DNA from: Candidatus Spongiisociaceae bacterium
GTDB taxonomy: Bacteria; Actinomycetota; Acidimicrobiia; Spongiisociales; Spongiisociaceae
Length of the DNA: 64,000 bases
Assembly (NCBI GenBank): GCA_965262915.1
Contig: OZ253564.1
Span: 3,424,001-3,488,000, forward strand
Direction of reading: 5' to 3'
In this document: in pieces, positions 1 to 9,620 of the stretch
How the letters are laid out: each line of letters starts with the position of its first letter
Numbering within the stretch: position 1 is the stretch's first letter
Position numbers and translations under genes: made by a program
The notes under the pieces: model-generated
Told to the model about the DNA's origin: nothing
Databases searched by the model: none
What the model saw: the letters and a program-made list of their open reading frames with translations, nothing else

Positions 1-17
1 GGGAACCGTGGAGGTTG

Positions 18-1607
18 ATGGTGCTGGTCGGATACGTAAGCGACGAGTTCTACGTGGCGATCCCGAATGTCGAGATCGAGTTCACTAGTGGAACGGCCTC
101 GCTCCGGGTCCGTTCCCGAGCATCCGGGTCGGTTCATGCTGACCTGGAACCGGGCACCTACCGCGTCTATCTGACCCGTCGGGGGTATACCCCCAAATGG
201 GTCGACATGGAGGTGCTGGAGGGGCAAGTCCACCACTTCCGGCTGCTCTCGGACAACCTGAGCGGGTACGTGTGGCCGAAATGGACCAGGTCTGGCGAGA
301 TCGGCCAGGTGCGGCTCCATTCGCCGCACGACTCGGTGGTGACCCTCTGGCGATATGGTTGGGAGCGTGAGTTCATCGCCAAGCTGGGTCACTTCAGCGA
401 CGAACCGCGCGGGGCATACGCCCAGATCCTTCCGGACGGGGACGTCACCCAGTCGGGGGTGAGGTGGAGCGACCATGGTTACTCGTACGCTGAGGTCGAC
501 CCGAGGGTATACGTCGAGGCGCCTGCCCGTTCCGGGCTCTACTACTTCCACGCCAGGGACGCAACCGGTGCCTTCTTCTCTTTTCCATGGATAGTCGCGC
601 CCCGGCAGCGGCGCCACCGGCTTGCCGTCCTGGCGTCCAACATCAACTGGAACTGCTACAACCACTACGGCGGACGCAGCAACTACGTGTCCGCGATCAC
701 CCTCCCCCTTCGACCCCACTTCAACTTCCGGCAGGAGGAGGTCTACTACACCGATCCGGCTCTGCAGCCGTGGATCGCGGACGAGTACGACCCGCTGTCG
801 TTCGACCGTCCCGAACCGCTCAACATGACGGAGGAGAACGGAAAGATCACCGACCCGATGGAACGCCGTGGCGAAGAACACGTTGCGCCGGCCGAATGGC
901 GCCTGCTCGGATGGCTAGAGCGGGAAGGCTTCGATTACGACTACCACGCCGAAACCCAACTCCACTTCGACGAGATCTCCCTCGAGGACTACGAGGTGCT
1001 GATCATCAGCACCCACCCCGAGTACTGGTCACGCAAGATGTATTACCAGGTCAAGTCGTGGGTGTTCGACGGCGGCGGCAAGCTAATGGTGCTGGGAGGC
1101 AACAGCCTCAACTGCGAGGTGGAGTTCCTGGACGGGACGACGATCACCGTGCGTAACAACGACCACCGCAAGCGCCCCCCCGGCTACGAAAGCCGGTTCG
1201 GGACGCGGCACGAATCAGAGGCCCACCTAACCGGAGTGGTAACCACCCACACCGGCTACGAGACCGGCGCCCCCTACCGGGTGATCGACCCTGCGCACTG
1301 GGCTTTGGCGGGAACCGGCTTGGCCGAGGGTGACTTCTTCGGCACGGAATCACTCGACCGGCGGGCTCCGGGCGGCGCCTCGGGGCACGAGACCGACAAG
1401 CTCACTCCCTCGTCCCCGCCGGGAACCAGACTCATCGCCAAGGGCACCAACCCCGACGAGGGCGGCGCCGAGATGGTCCATCACCGGACCCCGAGCGGCG
1501 GTGAGGTGTTCTCGGTCGGTTCCATCTCCTACACCTGCTCGATAGCGGTCGATGACCACATCTCGACGGTAACCCGGAACGTTCTCGAACGGTTCCTGGG
1601 CTCGTGA
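18..1607 (+). CDS. N,N-dimethylformamidase large-subunit-like protein with N-terminal carboxypeptidase-regulatory-like domain
   Basis: Motifs NWNCYNHYGGRSNY, SFDRP, EWRLLGWLEREG, STHPEYW, GASGHETD, VFSVGSI; GGAGG at 10-14, start at ATG 18 or GTG 21. Confidence 0.8.
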   Translation: MVLVGYVSDEFYVAIPNVEIEFTSGTASLRVRSRASGSVHADLEPGTYRVYLTRRGYTPKWVDMEVLEGQVHHFRLLSDNLSGYVWPKWTRSGEIGQVRLHSPHDSVVTLWRYGWEREFIAKLGHFSDEPRGAYAQILPDGDVTQSGVRWSDHGYSYAEVDPRVYVEAPARSGLYYFHARDATGAFFSFPWIVAPRQRRHRLAVLASNINWNCYNHYGGRSNYVSAITLPLRPHFNFRQEEVYYTDPALQPWIADEYDPLSFDRPEPLNMTEENGKITDPMERRGEEHVAPAEWRLLGWLEREGFDYDYHAETQLHFDEISLEDYEVLIISTHPEYWSRKMYYQVKSWVFDGGGKLMVLGGNSLNCEVEFLDGTTITVRNNDHRKRPPGYESRFGTRHESEAHLTGVVTTHTGYETGAPYRVIDPAHWALAGTGLAEGDFFGTESLDRRAPGGASGHETDKLTPSSPPGTRLIAKGTNPDEGGAEMVHHRTPSGGEVFSVGSISYTCSIAVDDHISTVTRNVLERFLGS

Positions 1608-1638
1608 CCCCGCTCCCCCGCACCCTTCGGGCCGACGC

Positions 1639-3657
1639 ATGACCCGGGTTCTGCTGTTCGGGATCGATCAGATGATCCTGCCCCTGACCGAACACCTGAT
1701 GCAGCAGCGCACCTACCCGAACCTGGAACGGGTACTGCACGGCGAAGGAGCGGTCTCGGAGGCCATTCCATGCTGGCCGGCTTGGACACCCACCAACTGG
1801 GCGACGATCGCCACCGGAGCGGATCCCGGAGCGCACGGGGTGATCAGCTGGGAGGTGTCACTGCCCGATGGCCGGTGGCTCACCAGCTTCCATTCCTCGG
1901 CGTTGCGTACCGAAACCCTCTGGGAGGCGGCCGACCAGGCTGGGTTGAAGGTCGGGCTGGTGCACTACCCGGCGTCGTGGCCGTCCCGCCTGCAGAACGG
2001 GTTCGTGATCGACGGGTGTGCCCTGCCGGACTACGGTCAGACTCCTTTCGAACTGGCATCGGGCCGGGGATACTGCACCGACGCGGACCTTCCCATCTCC
2101 GACCGGGTCGCCTTCGATTCTGAGTCCCGATGGGCGGGCCTCGGCAGCGGGGTGGAACCTCGATCCGGAACGCTGGAAATGGTTGCCAAAGTGGATGGTG
2201 CTGTTACCCCCGTCCCGTTCGCGGTCACCGGCGACAACGGCTACGAGCGCATCGTCCTCAGCCTCACCCGAGACGGCAACGACGTGCTGGCCACCGCATC
2301 GGTCGGTGAATGGAGCGACTGGTTCGTGGTCAGGGTCGGTTCGATCGAAGGGCACACCCGGATCCGGCTGATCAGCTGCGACGCGCGGACCGGCGACTTC
2401 CATCTGTGGCGCAGCCAGATCCTTCCCGTCAACGGTCCCTCTGAACCCGGCTGGATCCTCGAGGACCTGACCCGACGGCTCGGTCCCTACCAGGAACACG
2501 TCAGCGAGATCGCTGCGCTCGGGGGCGCTGCCGACTACGAGACGGTTGCCGACGAGGCCCGCTACCAGATCCGCTGGTTCGCTCACGCCATGCTCGAGAT
2601 GCTGGACCGTTACGGATGCTCGCTGGTCGGGTTCCATTGGCACTGGCTCGACTGGGTCAACCATCTGCATCTCGGGCATGTGGACCCCGACTGGTCCCAG
2701 TACCGAGCAGATGCCGTGGACGAACACCTGGAGGTGATCCACGACGCCGTGGACATGATCGACGAGGCCCTTGGCATCGTCCTTGACGGCCTACGGGACG
2801 ATGACCTTCTCATCCTGGTGGCCGATCACGGGAACCTGCCCGTGGACCGGATGATCAACTTCCGGCGCTACTTCGTGGAAACCGGTCGGACGTTCCTCGT
2901 CGACCCGGACGGTTCCATCGACGAGGCCAATACGGATTGGGAGCGGACCCAGATCTACGTTCCCGACCGCCTGAACGCTCCCGAGATACGCCTGAACCCG
3001 CGGCTGGACCGTGACCGGGCCCGGTCGGTGATGGCTGAGGTGATACATGACCTGCGTACGCTTGTCGATCCAGTGACCGGCATGACGCCGATCGCGCTAG
3101 CCCTGCCCAAACAGGAGGCCGCTCTGCTCGGATGGTACGGTCCGGACGCGGGCGACATCCTGGTGATCCTGGAGGCCGGATACGTGTGGGATACCGAAGC
3201 CCATATCGACGCCGAGATCATCGACGCGGCTGTCAAAAGCGACGTAGCGCCGCACTGGCACGGCGCCATACCGTCTCCGGTGTTCTCGGACCATCCCCCA
3301 CCCGAGACAGCCGCCCATGGCCACGTCCTCCCGACCGCCGCGACATCATTGTCGTCGAATATGGCCATCCTGGCCATGATCGGAGGACCCGCGAGCACTG
3401 GCTACCGCCGCGATCCTGAGCAGCTAGGTCCCGTATGGCTCAAGGACGTAGCGCCGACCATTGCCCACGTGCTTGGAATCGAGGCACCCCTCCACAGCTC
3501 GGGCGGGGTTCTGTACGACTTCCTGGGTCGGGATCCCGGAACCATGGAGCGGGATGGGGACCCACCGTCGCACTACCAGATACCGAGGGATGTCAAGGAC
3601 GCTCAGGTCGGGATGTACGACTTCTCCATTCTCGACTCGCCATCCGCTGATCGTTGA
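1639..3657 (+). CDS. Alkaline phosphatase superfamily, type I phosphodiesterase/nucleotide pyrophosphatase
   Basis: GIDQM, PAWTPTNWATIATG (Thr nucleophile), LDWVNH, ADHG, AHG, DVAPTI. Confidence 0.8.
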   Translation: MTRVLLFGIDQMILPLTEHLMQQRTYPNLERVLHGEGAVSEAIPCWPAWTPTNWATIATGADPGAHGVISWEVSLPDGRWLTSFHSSALRTETLWEAADQAGLKVGLVHYPASWPSRLQNGFVIDGCALPDYGQTPFELASGRGYCTDADLPISDRVAFDSESRWAGLGSGVEPRSGTLEMVAKVDGAVTPVPFAVTGDNGYERIVLSLTRDGNDVLATASVGEWSDWFVVRVGSIEGHTRIRLISCDARTGDFHLWRSQILPVNGPSEPGWILEDLTRRLGPYQEHVSEIAALGGAADYETVADEARYQIRWFAHAMLEMLDRYGCSLVGFHWHWLDWVNHLHLGHVDPDWSQYRADAVDEHLEVIHDAVDMIDEALGIVLDGLRDDDLLILVADHGNLPVDRMINFRRYFVETGRTFLVDPDGSIDEANTDWERTQIYVPDRLNAPEIRLNPRLDRDRARSVMAEVIHDLRTLVDPVTGMTPIALALPKQEAALLGWYGPDAGDILVILEAGYVWDTEAHIDAEIIDAAVKSDVAPHWHGAIPSPVFSDHPPPETAAHGHVLPTAATSLSSNMAILAMIGGPASTGYRRDPEQLGPVWLKDVAPTIAHVLGIEAPLHSSGGVLYDFLGRDPGTMERDGDPPSHYQIPRDVKDAQVGMYDFSILDSPSADR

Positions 3658-3675
3658 ACGACGCCAACGGTTGGC

Positions 3676-4566
3676 TCACTGCCAATCGGGGAAGGGCTGC
3701 TTCCAGTTCTCGTAAATGATCGCGTCCTGTATCTCCTTGGGAATGGTCGGGAGCCTCGTACCTTCCACGATATCGTTGATACGCCTGAGGCCGTTGATCA
3801 CGTTGGTGATCGTCCCCGACGGGTAGTCGGAGGCCAGCAACAGCTTGTGGTCGACCCCGTACTCCATGGCCGTGACCATCGCCTGCCAGTAGCGCCATGG
3901 CCGGTAATGCACAGCCGATATGTCCGCATACATGTTCGGTGACTTGCGGATCAGGGCGATGAGATCCTCCTCCCAGGGATGTCCCAAGTGGGCGATGATC
4001 ATCCTCAGGTCGGGAAACTCCATGGCCACATCCTCCAGCAGGAGAGGCAGAGCCCAGCGCAGCCGGGCACGGCTGGGGAACGTAGTGCCCTGATGCCAGA
4101 TGGTCGGGATGCCGTATCCGGCACACCTGCGGAAGAATTCCCAATAGCTACGGTCGGTCGGATCGAAGTGCTGGTACGTAGGACCGAGCTTCAGACCGCT
4201 GAGCCCTAGATCCTCCACACAGTGGGTGAGTTGGTCGATCGCGTCCGAAGCCGTGGGGTTCACCGACGCCCATCCGATCAGCTTGTCCGGATGGGTCGCC
4301 ACGTACTCGGCTATCAGGTGGTTGGGAACCACGATGCCCGTGGGCTCCGCCTGTATCCCGAACACCACAACCTTGTCCGCCGGCGCCGAAGCCTCCCAAT
4401 GGTCCTCAGGCCGCGAATCGTACGAGTGGAGGTCGAGATGAGCGCTGTGCACCTCGCCCCCGGAGTGCCTCATCTTGACCAGCTTGGACGCCAGGGCTTC
4501 CTGGGCCGCCTCCTCGGACCAGTGATCCGGGTACCAACCTATGTGGGTGTGGACATCGACGATCAC
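3676..4566 (-). CDS. Amidohydrolase family protein (Amidohydro_2)
   Basis: DVHTH, GLKLGPTYQ, HQGTTF, AHLGHPW, ASDYP; GTG start at 4566 preceded by GGAGG. Confidence 0.85.
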   Translation of the reverse strand: MIVDVHTHIGWYPDHWSEEAAQEALASKLVKMRHSGGEVHSAHLDLHSYDSRPEDHWEASAPADKVVVFGIQAEPTGIVVPNHLIAEYVATHPDKLIGWASVNPTASDAIDQLTHCVEDLGLSGLKLGPTYQHFDPTDRSYWEFFRRCAGYGIPTIWHQGTTFPSRARLRWALPLLLEDVAMEFPDLRMIIAHLGHPWEEDLIALIRKSPNMYADISAVHYRPWRYWQAMVTAMEYGVDHKLLLASDYPSGTITNVINGLRRINDIVEGTRLPTIPKEIQDAIIYENWKQPFPDWQ

Positions 4567-4630
4567 GGCTGCGGTTCCTCCCTCGACAGACACCGGTTCG
4601 TCCTGTAGACCGGGTGGAGTAGGAGTGAGA

Positions 4631-5417
4631 TCATGGCGCGATCACCCCGTCGGGATACCGGTCGAAGACCTTCACGTCGTGGATCGGGACGATATGCCGG
4701 GCCGTCGCCCGGACCCTCGCGTAGCAGTCGAGCGCCTCGTACATGTTCTCGCACAACCCCAGCATCTCGCCGTCCTCCACATTCTCGTAGAAGAAGTACG
4801 AGTCGGAGATGGCGACCGTCCCGACCGCGGTGTCCACCTCCACGACGATCGACTCCCGGTGATGCGCCCCCGACCACCAGGTACGGAGTCCCGGAGCGAT
4901 CTCGTCCTCGTCTTCCAGCAGTCGCACCCGATCCCAGCTGTCGGTCACGAGATCGACCAGGGTGTCCTTGGGGATGGACCGCCAGCGGTCGTCGTGCGGA
5001 TGGTCGTGGGTGGTGTGGAAATGGACCCAGCCTCGCTTGGCGATGCAGATCTGGGCGGATCGGAACTTGTGGAGCGTTCCGGTGGTGTACAGCTCCAGCG
5101 GGGTAAGTAACACGTGGGTGATGTCATCGGGCGTCAGGCCAACCGTTTCCAGTGCACCGGTCATGTAGTGGTCCGGTTGCCTCTTCAAGTCGCCCTTTGG
5201 CGCGTCGTGGAGGTACCGCATCTTCGGGCCAGCCTTCCTCGACCATGGTGGTGTCATCCGGAGGGGAGGTGTTGACGAGAGCCGTTAACCCTCCCCCTCG
5301 AATCAGAGTCACGTTGAACCCGAGCGGATATACCTTGTCCCAGTGGCTCATCCAGAAGACCTCGGGTCCTGAGATCAGCGATTCGCCCACGCTCAGGACT
5401 CTCACAGAATACTCCAT
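4631..5417 (-). pseudogene. Metallo-beta-lactamase-fold (AHL-lactonase-like) protein with a +1 frameshift at about 5226-5228; near-identical paralog of 25458..26243
   Basis: ORF 5124..5417 matches the paralog N-terminus up to EEGWP and ORF 4631..5257 continues MRYLHDAPKG. The minus strand reads TGG CCC GAA GAT G where TGG CCG AAG ATG is expected, i.e. one extra base in a homopolymer; may be a sequencing error. Confidence 0.8.
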
Positions 5418-5444
5418 AACACTGCTCCTTTCGGAGACGACCGT

Positions 5445-6440
5445 TCATCGAGAGAGGTCCACCGGCTCGCCGCTCCGGGCCGACTCATCCAACGCCAGCG
5501 CGACCTGCAGTGCCGCCCGGGCGTCCTCCAGGGACACCGGCCAATCGCGCCTGCCCCGTACCCAGCCCAGGAAATGGCGGTCCTCGATCGCCACCGAGCC
5601 CGCCATCGTGCCTCCCACGTCGAACACTCCATGCGTCCCGAGCCATCTGTTCTCCCCGAGCGAGTAGACCCTGGTTACCGGGTCGCGCATCTCGACGTAT
5701 CCGGCGCCTTGGGTACCGAAAACCGCTAGGCGGTAGTCCCCCGCCAGTCCCGACCGGCTGTTCATGACCCAGTTGAACTCCACCAACCCAACCGCTCCGC
5801 TCGTAAAGCGCAGGGTTGCGACGACCGCATCCACCGCACCCTCCCCTAGCGACGACGTGGACGCGGGCATGGCTTGTACCCGAGCGATGTCCCCCGCCAG
5901 CCAGCGGAGCAGGTCGATGTCATGGACGCCCACCTCTACGGGCAGGGTCGTCCGGTGTGCCAGCAGGCGTCCCTCGAACGCCGGAACGTTCCGGCGGGCG
6001 CTCACGCTGACCAGAGCACCGATGTCCCCTGCCTTCACGCTCCTGGCCAGGGCCACGTAGTCGGGCTCGAAGCGCATCGTATGTCCTACCGCTAGGCGAC
6101 CTCCCGTTTGGCGGGTAATTCCAATGATCGCATCGGCGTCGTCCAGGTCATGGGCGATCGGCTTCTCGCAGAACACCGGCAGGCCGGCCTCGAGGCAGCG
6201 GGCCACGACCGGAAGGTGGTGCTCCTGGGGGGTGCAGACGAAGACCGCCTCGACCATTTCGGTGGCTAGCAGCCGGTCCAGATCGACGAAGAAGCGCACA
6301 CCGGAGGGCAACCTACTCGCCACATCGGAATCCAGGTCGCTACATGCGACCAGGTGCGCTTCGGGAAGAGCGTCCAGGACCTGGACATGGACCGAACCCA
6401 TCATGCCGACACCGACCACCGCACACCGGACGGGCTCCAC
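5445..6440 (-). CDS. Gfo/Idh/MocA family NAD(P)-dependent oxidoreductase
   Basis: GVGMMG, CEKP, GHTMRF, GVHDID. Confidence 0.9.
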   Translation of the reverse strand: MEPVRCAVVGVGMMGSVHVQVLDALPEAHLVACSDLDSDVASRLPSGVRFFVDLDRLLATEMVEAVFVCTPQEHHLPVVARCLEAGLPVFCEKPIAHDLDDADAIIGITRQTGGRLAVGHTMRFEPDYVALARSVKAGDIGALVSVSARRNVPAFEGRLLAHRTTLPVEVGVHDIDLLRWLAGDIARVQAMPASTSSLGEGAVDAVVATLRFTSGAVGLVEFNWVMNSRSGLAGDYRLAVFGTQGAGYVEMRDPVTRVYSLGENRWLGTHGVFDVGGTMAGSVAIEDRHFLGWVRGRRDWPVSLEDARAALQVALALDESARSGEPVDLSR

Positions 6441-6600
6441 TCGTACCTCCTTCCGGTGCCGTCATTTGCACACAGCACGCTATCGACTGTTCGGGACCGG
6501 TGCTCGGCTGGCCGGCTCCCGGTTGACGCCACCAGACAATTATCCAATAATCATGCCACGCAACGCCGTTGCGATGTGCGCAACGCACGGGGAGGGTTGG

Positions 6601-7524
6601 ATGAAGATACGAGAAGCGCTCCGCCGGCAGGGACTTCCACCCGCCGGCACCCCGGCGGACAGCAGCAGCCATTTCCTCGACGGCGCCGAGTTCCGGATCG
6701 AGATCCCGAGCGTCGAGGGTCCCAGAGTGCTTGCGGCAGTCCTGGAACAGGCCGCTCACTATGACCTCACGGTGAACCGCGTTTCGCAGGGCAGCGGCGG
6801 GATGCTGCTCGAGGGCGCCGAACTCCGCGAAATGGCTGCGATAGGAGCTGAGGCGGGGCTCGAGGTGTGCCTGTTCACCGGCCCGAAAGCCGGTTACGAC
6901 ATCGGAGCGTTCAGCCGGTCGGCGGATGGGCGTAGCCAGTTCGCCCAGATCAGGGGTATGCGCCAGCTTCGCTACGCGGTGGCGGACATCGCCAGGGCCA
7001 CCGAAGCCGGGATCCGCAGCTTTCTCGTGGGCGACCTCGGCCTGCTCGCAGTCCTCACCCGGATGCAGGATGACGGCGACCTACCGAGCGAGACGGTATG
7101 GAAGATATCGGCCTACATGGGGGTATCGAATCCCGCCTCCATCCGGCTACTGGAGAGGATGGGCGCCGGATCGGTCAATATCCCGGCCGACGTGACGCTG
7201 GAGCAACTCTGGGAGATCCGGTCGGCCGCATCGACGCCGGTGGACCTCTACCTGGAAACACCCGACAGCATGGGCCCGATTGTCCGGGGCCACGAGATAG
7301 CCGACTTCGTGGCGGTCGGGGCGCCGCTGTACGCCAAAATGGGTCTGGCGAACGCAGGTGGCGTCTACCCTTCCGGAGGCCAGACCGTGGGCACAGCCAT
7401 CGCCAACGCCCGTGAGAAGGTGCGCCGGGCCGCCATCGCTCTGGAGTGGCTGCAGCGGGAGAGACCCGCTTCGGTCCAGTCGAAGCCCCATGCGGCCGGG
7501 CTCGGCATCCCCGTCGTATCTTGA
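6601..7524 (+). CDS. U32-peptidase-like TIM-barrel protein
   Basis: FRIEIPSVEGP, RVSQGSG, GIRSFLVGDLG, DLYLETPD; ATG 6601 follows GGGAGGG. The ORF-track start at 6124 overlaps the divergent gene. Confidence 0.65.
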   Translation: MKIREALRRQGLPPAGTPADSSSHFLDGAEFRIEIPSVEGPRVLAAVLEQAAHYDLTVNRVSQGSGGMLLEGAELREMAAIGAEAGLEVCLFTGPKAGYDIGAFSRSADGRSQFAQIRGMRQLRYAVADIARATEAGIRSFLVGDLGLLAVLTRMQDDGDLPSETVWKISAYMGVSNPASIRLLERMGAGSVNIPADVTLEQLWEIRSAASTPVDLYLETPDSMGPIVRGHEIADFVAVGAPLYAKMGLANAGGVYPSGGQTVGTAIANAREKVRRAAIALEWLQRERPASVQSKPHAAGLGIPVVS

Positions 7525-7621
7525 GAGGCGATCCGTGTTACGGAGACGTTGGGCGGTCCCTTCCGGAGTCCCCCGGATCATACGGTCACGATCGTCTAGT
7601 TCGGAAGCTGAGGGTTCGTAG

Positions 7622-8413
7622 GTGAGGCTGCTCTTCGCCGAGTTGACTCGTGAGGAATCCCGGACGATCGCCCGGGACGGATTGCTGGTTCTGCCCGTAG
7701 GCGCGACCGAACAGCACGGACCTCACCTGCCGGTCGGGACAGACTCCATGGGCGCCGAACACGTGTCCCGGTCCGCGGCTGCGACCGTCGCGAACCGGTT
7801 CCCGGTAGCGGTCGCCCCCACCCTGTGGTACGGATCTTCCCCCCACCACATTCCGTTCGGGGGCACCATGTCGCTGACCGCCGCAACGTTCCTGTCTGTC
7901 CTAATGGACATCGGGCGATCGATCGCCCGCGCTTCCTTCCGCCGACTCTTCATCGTCAACGGCCACGGCGGGAACCACGAGTTGATAGGCCTCGCCGCCC
8001 GTGACCTCGCTCTGGAGGAAGGCATCGAAGTGGCGGCATGCTCCTGGTGGCACTTGGCGGCCCACGGGCTGGCGGCCGCAGGCGCCCGTGAGATCGGTCG
8101 ACTCCCTGGCCACGCGGGCGCGTTCGAAACGTCGCTGGTTCTGGCTCTGGACGGATCCCTGGTACGGACTCCCCGCCCCCACCGGCCTGCGTGGAGGGGC
8201 TCGATCGGCTCCATAGACGTGCCGGTGAGGATCGAGCGACCGGGAAGCTGGCAGGCCACCGAAGGATTCACCGACAGTCCGGCCGCCGGATCCGCCGAGT
8301 TGGGCCACACCTTCCTGAAGATCGGAATCGACGCGGTGGCGGCGGCCATGATCGAGTTCTACGAGGGTTCACCGAGCGCGCATGGCGCTCCGGGCGAAAA
8401 GGAGAGGACATGA
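7622..8413 (+). CDS. Creatininase family amidohydrolase
   Basis: PVGATEQHGPHLPVGTD, NGHGGN, HAGAFETS. Confidence 0.9.
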   Translation: MRLLFAELTREESRTIARDGLLVLPVGATEQHGPHLPVGTDSMGAEHVSRSAAATVANRFPVAVAPTLWYGSSPHHIPFGGTMSLTAATFLSVLMDIGRSIARASFRRLFIVNGHGGNHELIGLAARDLALEEGIEVAACSWWHLAAHGLAAAGAREIGRLPGHAGAFETSLVLALDGSLVRTPRPHRPAWRGSIGSIDVPVRIERPGSWQATEGFTDSPAAGSAELGHTFLKIGIDAVAAAMIEFYEGSPSAHGAPGEKERT

Positions 8414-9582
8414 GCAACTTGTTCGAACGGGCGACCGCGGCCATCGATGCTCGCCGGGTGGTGGACCTGACTCGGGCCTTGTGCGGCGTCTCGTCGGATG
8501 ATCCCCGCGCGGAGGGCCCCCGTGCAGAGATCATCGCCGAGGCTCTGGAACGCGCCGGAGTGGATGTCCACATAGCGGATGTCGTCGAAGGACGACCCAA
8601 CGTGATCGCAAGGGTGAAGGGCGACGGCAGGCGGGCACCGCTTGTCCTGCAGGGTCACATCGACGCCGGCGTGTACCCCTTGGACTGGACGCACGACCCG
8701 CATGATCCGTGGGAGGAGGGGGACCGGCTTTACGGCGGTGGCATCAGCGACATGCTCGGGGGTGTCGCGGCAATGGTGGCGGCTATGGAAGCGGCCCCCG
8801 AATTCGGACCCCTGCCGGGTGATCTCGTGCTTCATGCGACCATGTATCACGACGGCATTGGGCTCGGCTCGAAGTACGCGCTGATGACCGAAGGTCCCAC
8901 CGAGGGCTATGGGATCTGCGGGGAACCGTCGGACTTGAACATCCATACTGGCAACGGTGGGGCTTTCAAGTTCGAGATCACCCTCACCGGCTCCCCGGCA
9001 CACGTGTCACGGATGGAGTCGGCCGTCGATACTCTCCGCCCCGCGGTGGCGGTATACGACAAGCTCGTGGACCACGAGTTCGCGCACCGGCCCGAACCCC
9101 GCCTCCCTGACCTGCCGCGGCTGTTGATCGGGGAACTCCAGGCCGGTAGCTCACCGGCCGCGGTGGCGGAGTCGGCGACCATCCGCGGTGATCTCCGGTA
9201 CGTACCCGGTATGGACCGGACCACGGTCAGGCAGGAGATCGTGAAGATCGTCGACAGCGTGGTGCCGGACGACGTGGGCAGTAGGGTGCGTGTCATCGGC
9301 GTCCACCAACCCTTCCTGGGGGCTACCTCAGGTCCCCTGGTCGACGCCATAACGGCCGCGCAGACCGCAATCGTCGGCCAAGCTCCGCGAGTGACGAACG
9401 AGTTACCCGGCCAAGCCTTCGTAACCGACGCGGCCGACCTGGTAGCCGCGGGTTTGGAGACGGTCGTCTACGGGGTGGGCGCCTGGTACTACGGTCCCGA
9501 CGAGTGGGTGTGGATCGACCACCTGGCCGGATCAGCGCGCGTGTACCTGGCCGTGGCGGCCATGCTGGGCGCCGACTCGTGA
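8410..9582 (+). CDS. M20/M25/M40 family (ArgE/DapE-like) metallohydrolase with atypical ligands
   Basis: RPNV, QGHID, GGISDMLGG, GEPS, G..AH, GPDE; ATGA overlap with the creatininase stop. Confidence 0.8.
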   Translation: MSNLFERATAAIDARRVVDLTRALCGVSSDDPRAEGPRAEIIAEALERAGVDVHIADVVEGRPNVIARVKGDGRRAPLVLQGHIDAGVYPLDWTHDPHDPWEEGDRLYGGGISDMLGGVAAMVAAMEAAPEFGPLPGDLVLHATMYHDGIGLGSKYALMTEGPTEGYGICGEPSDLNIHTGNGGAFKFEITLTGSPAHVSRMESAVDTLRPAVAVYDKLVDHEFAHRPEPRLPDLPRLLIGELQAGSSPAAVAESATIRGDLRYVPGMDRTTVRQEIVKIVDSVVPDDVGSRVRVIGVHQPFLGATSGPLVDAITAAQTAIVGQAPRVTNELPGQAFVTDAADLVAAGLETVVYGVGAWYYGPDEWVWIDHLAGSARVYLAVAAMLGADS

Positions 9583-9620
9583 CCGCACACAGCACGTCCG
9601 TGGCCTGAGGCTTGGTCGCG

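Noticed and set aside
6124-6600. N-terminal extensions in the ORF track (6124, 8191, 24837, 28683, 28592, 50508, 51556, 54299)
   Set aside because: They overlap neighbouring genes or promoters; downstream starts have RBS or overlap coupling and match family N-termini
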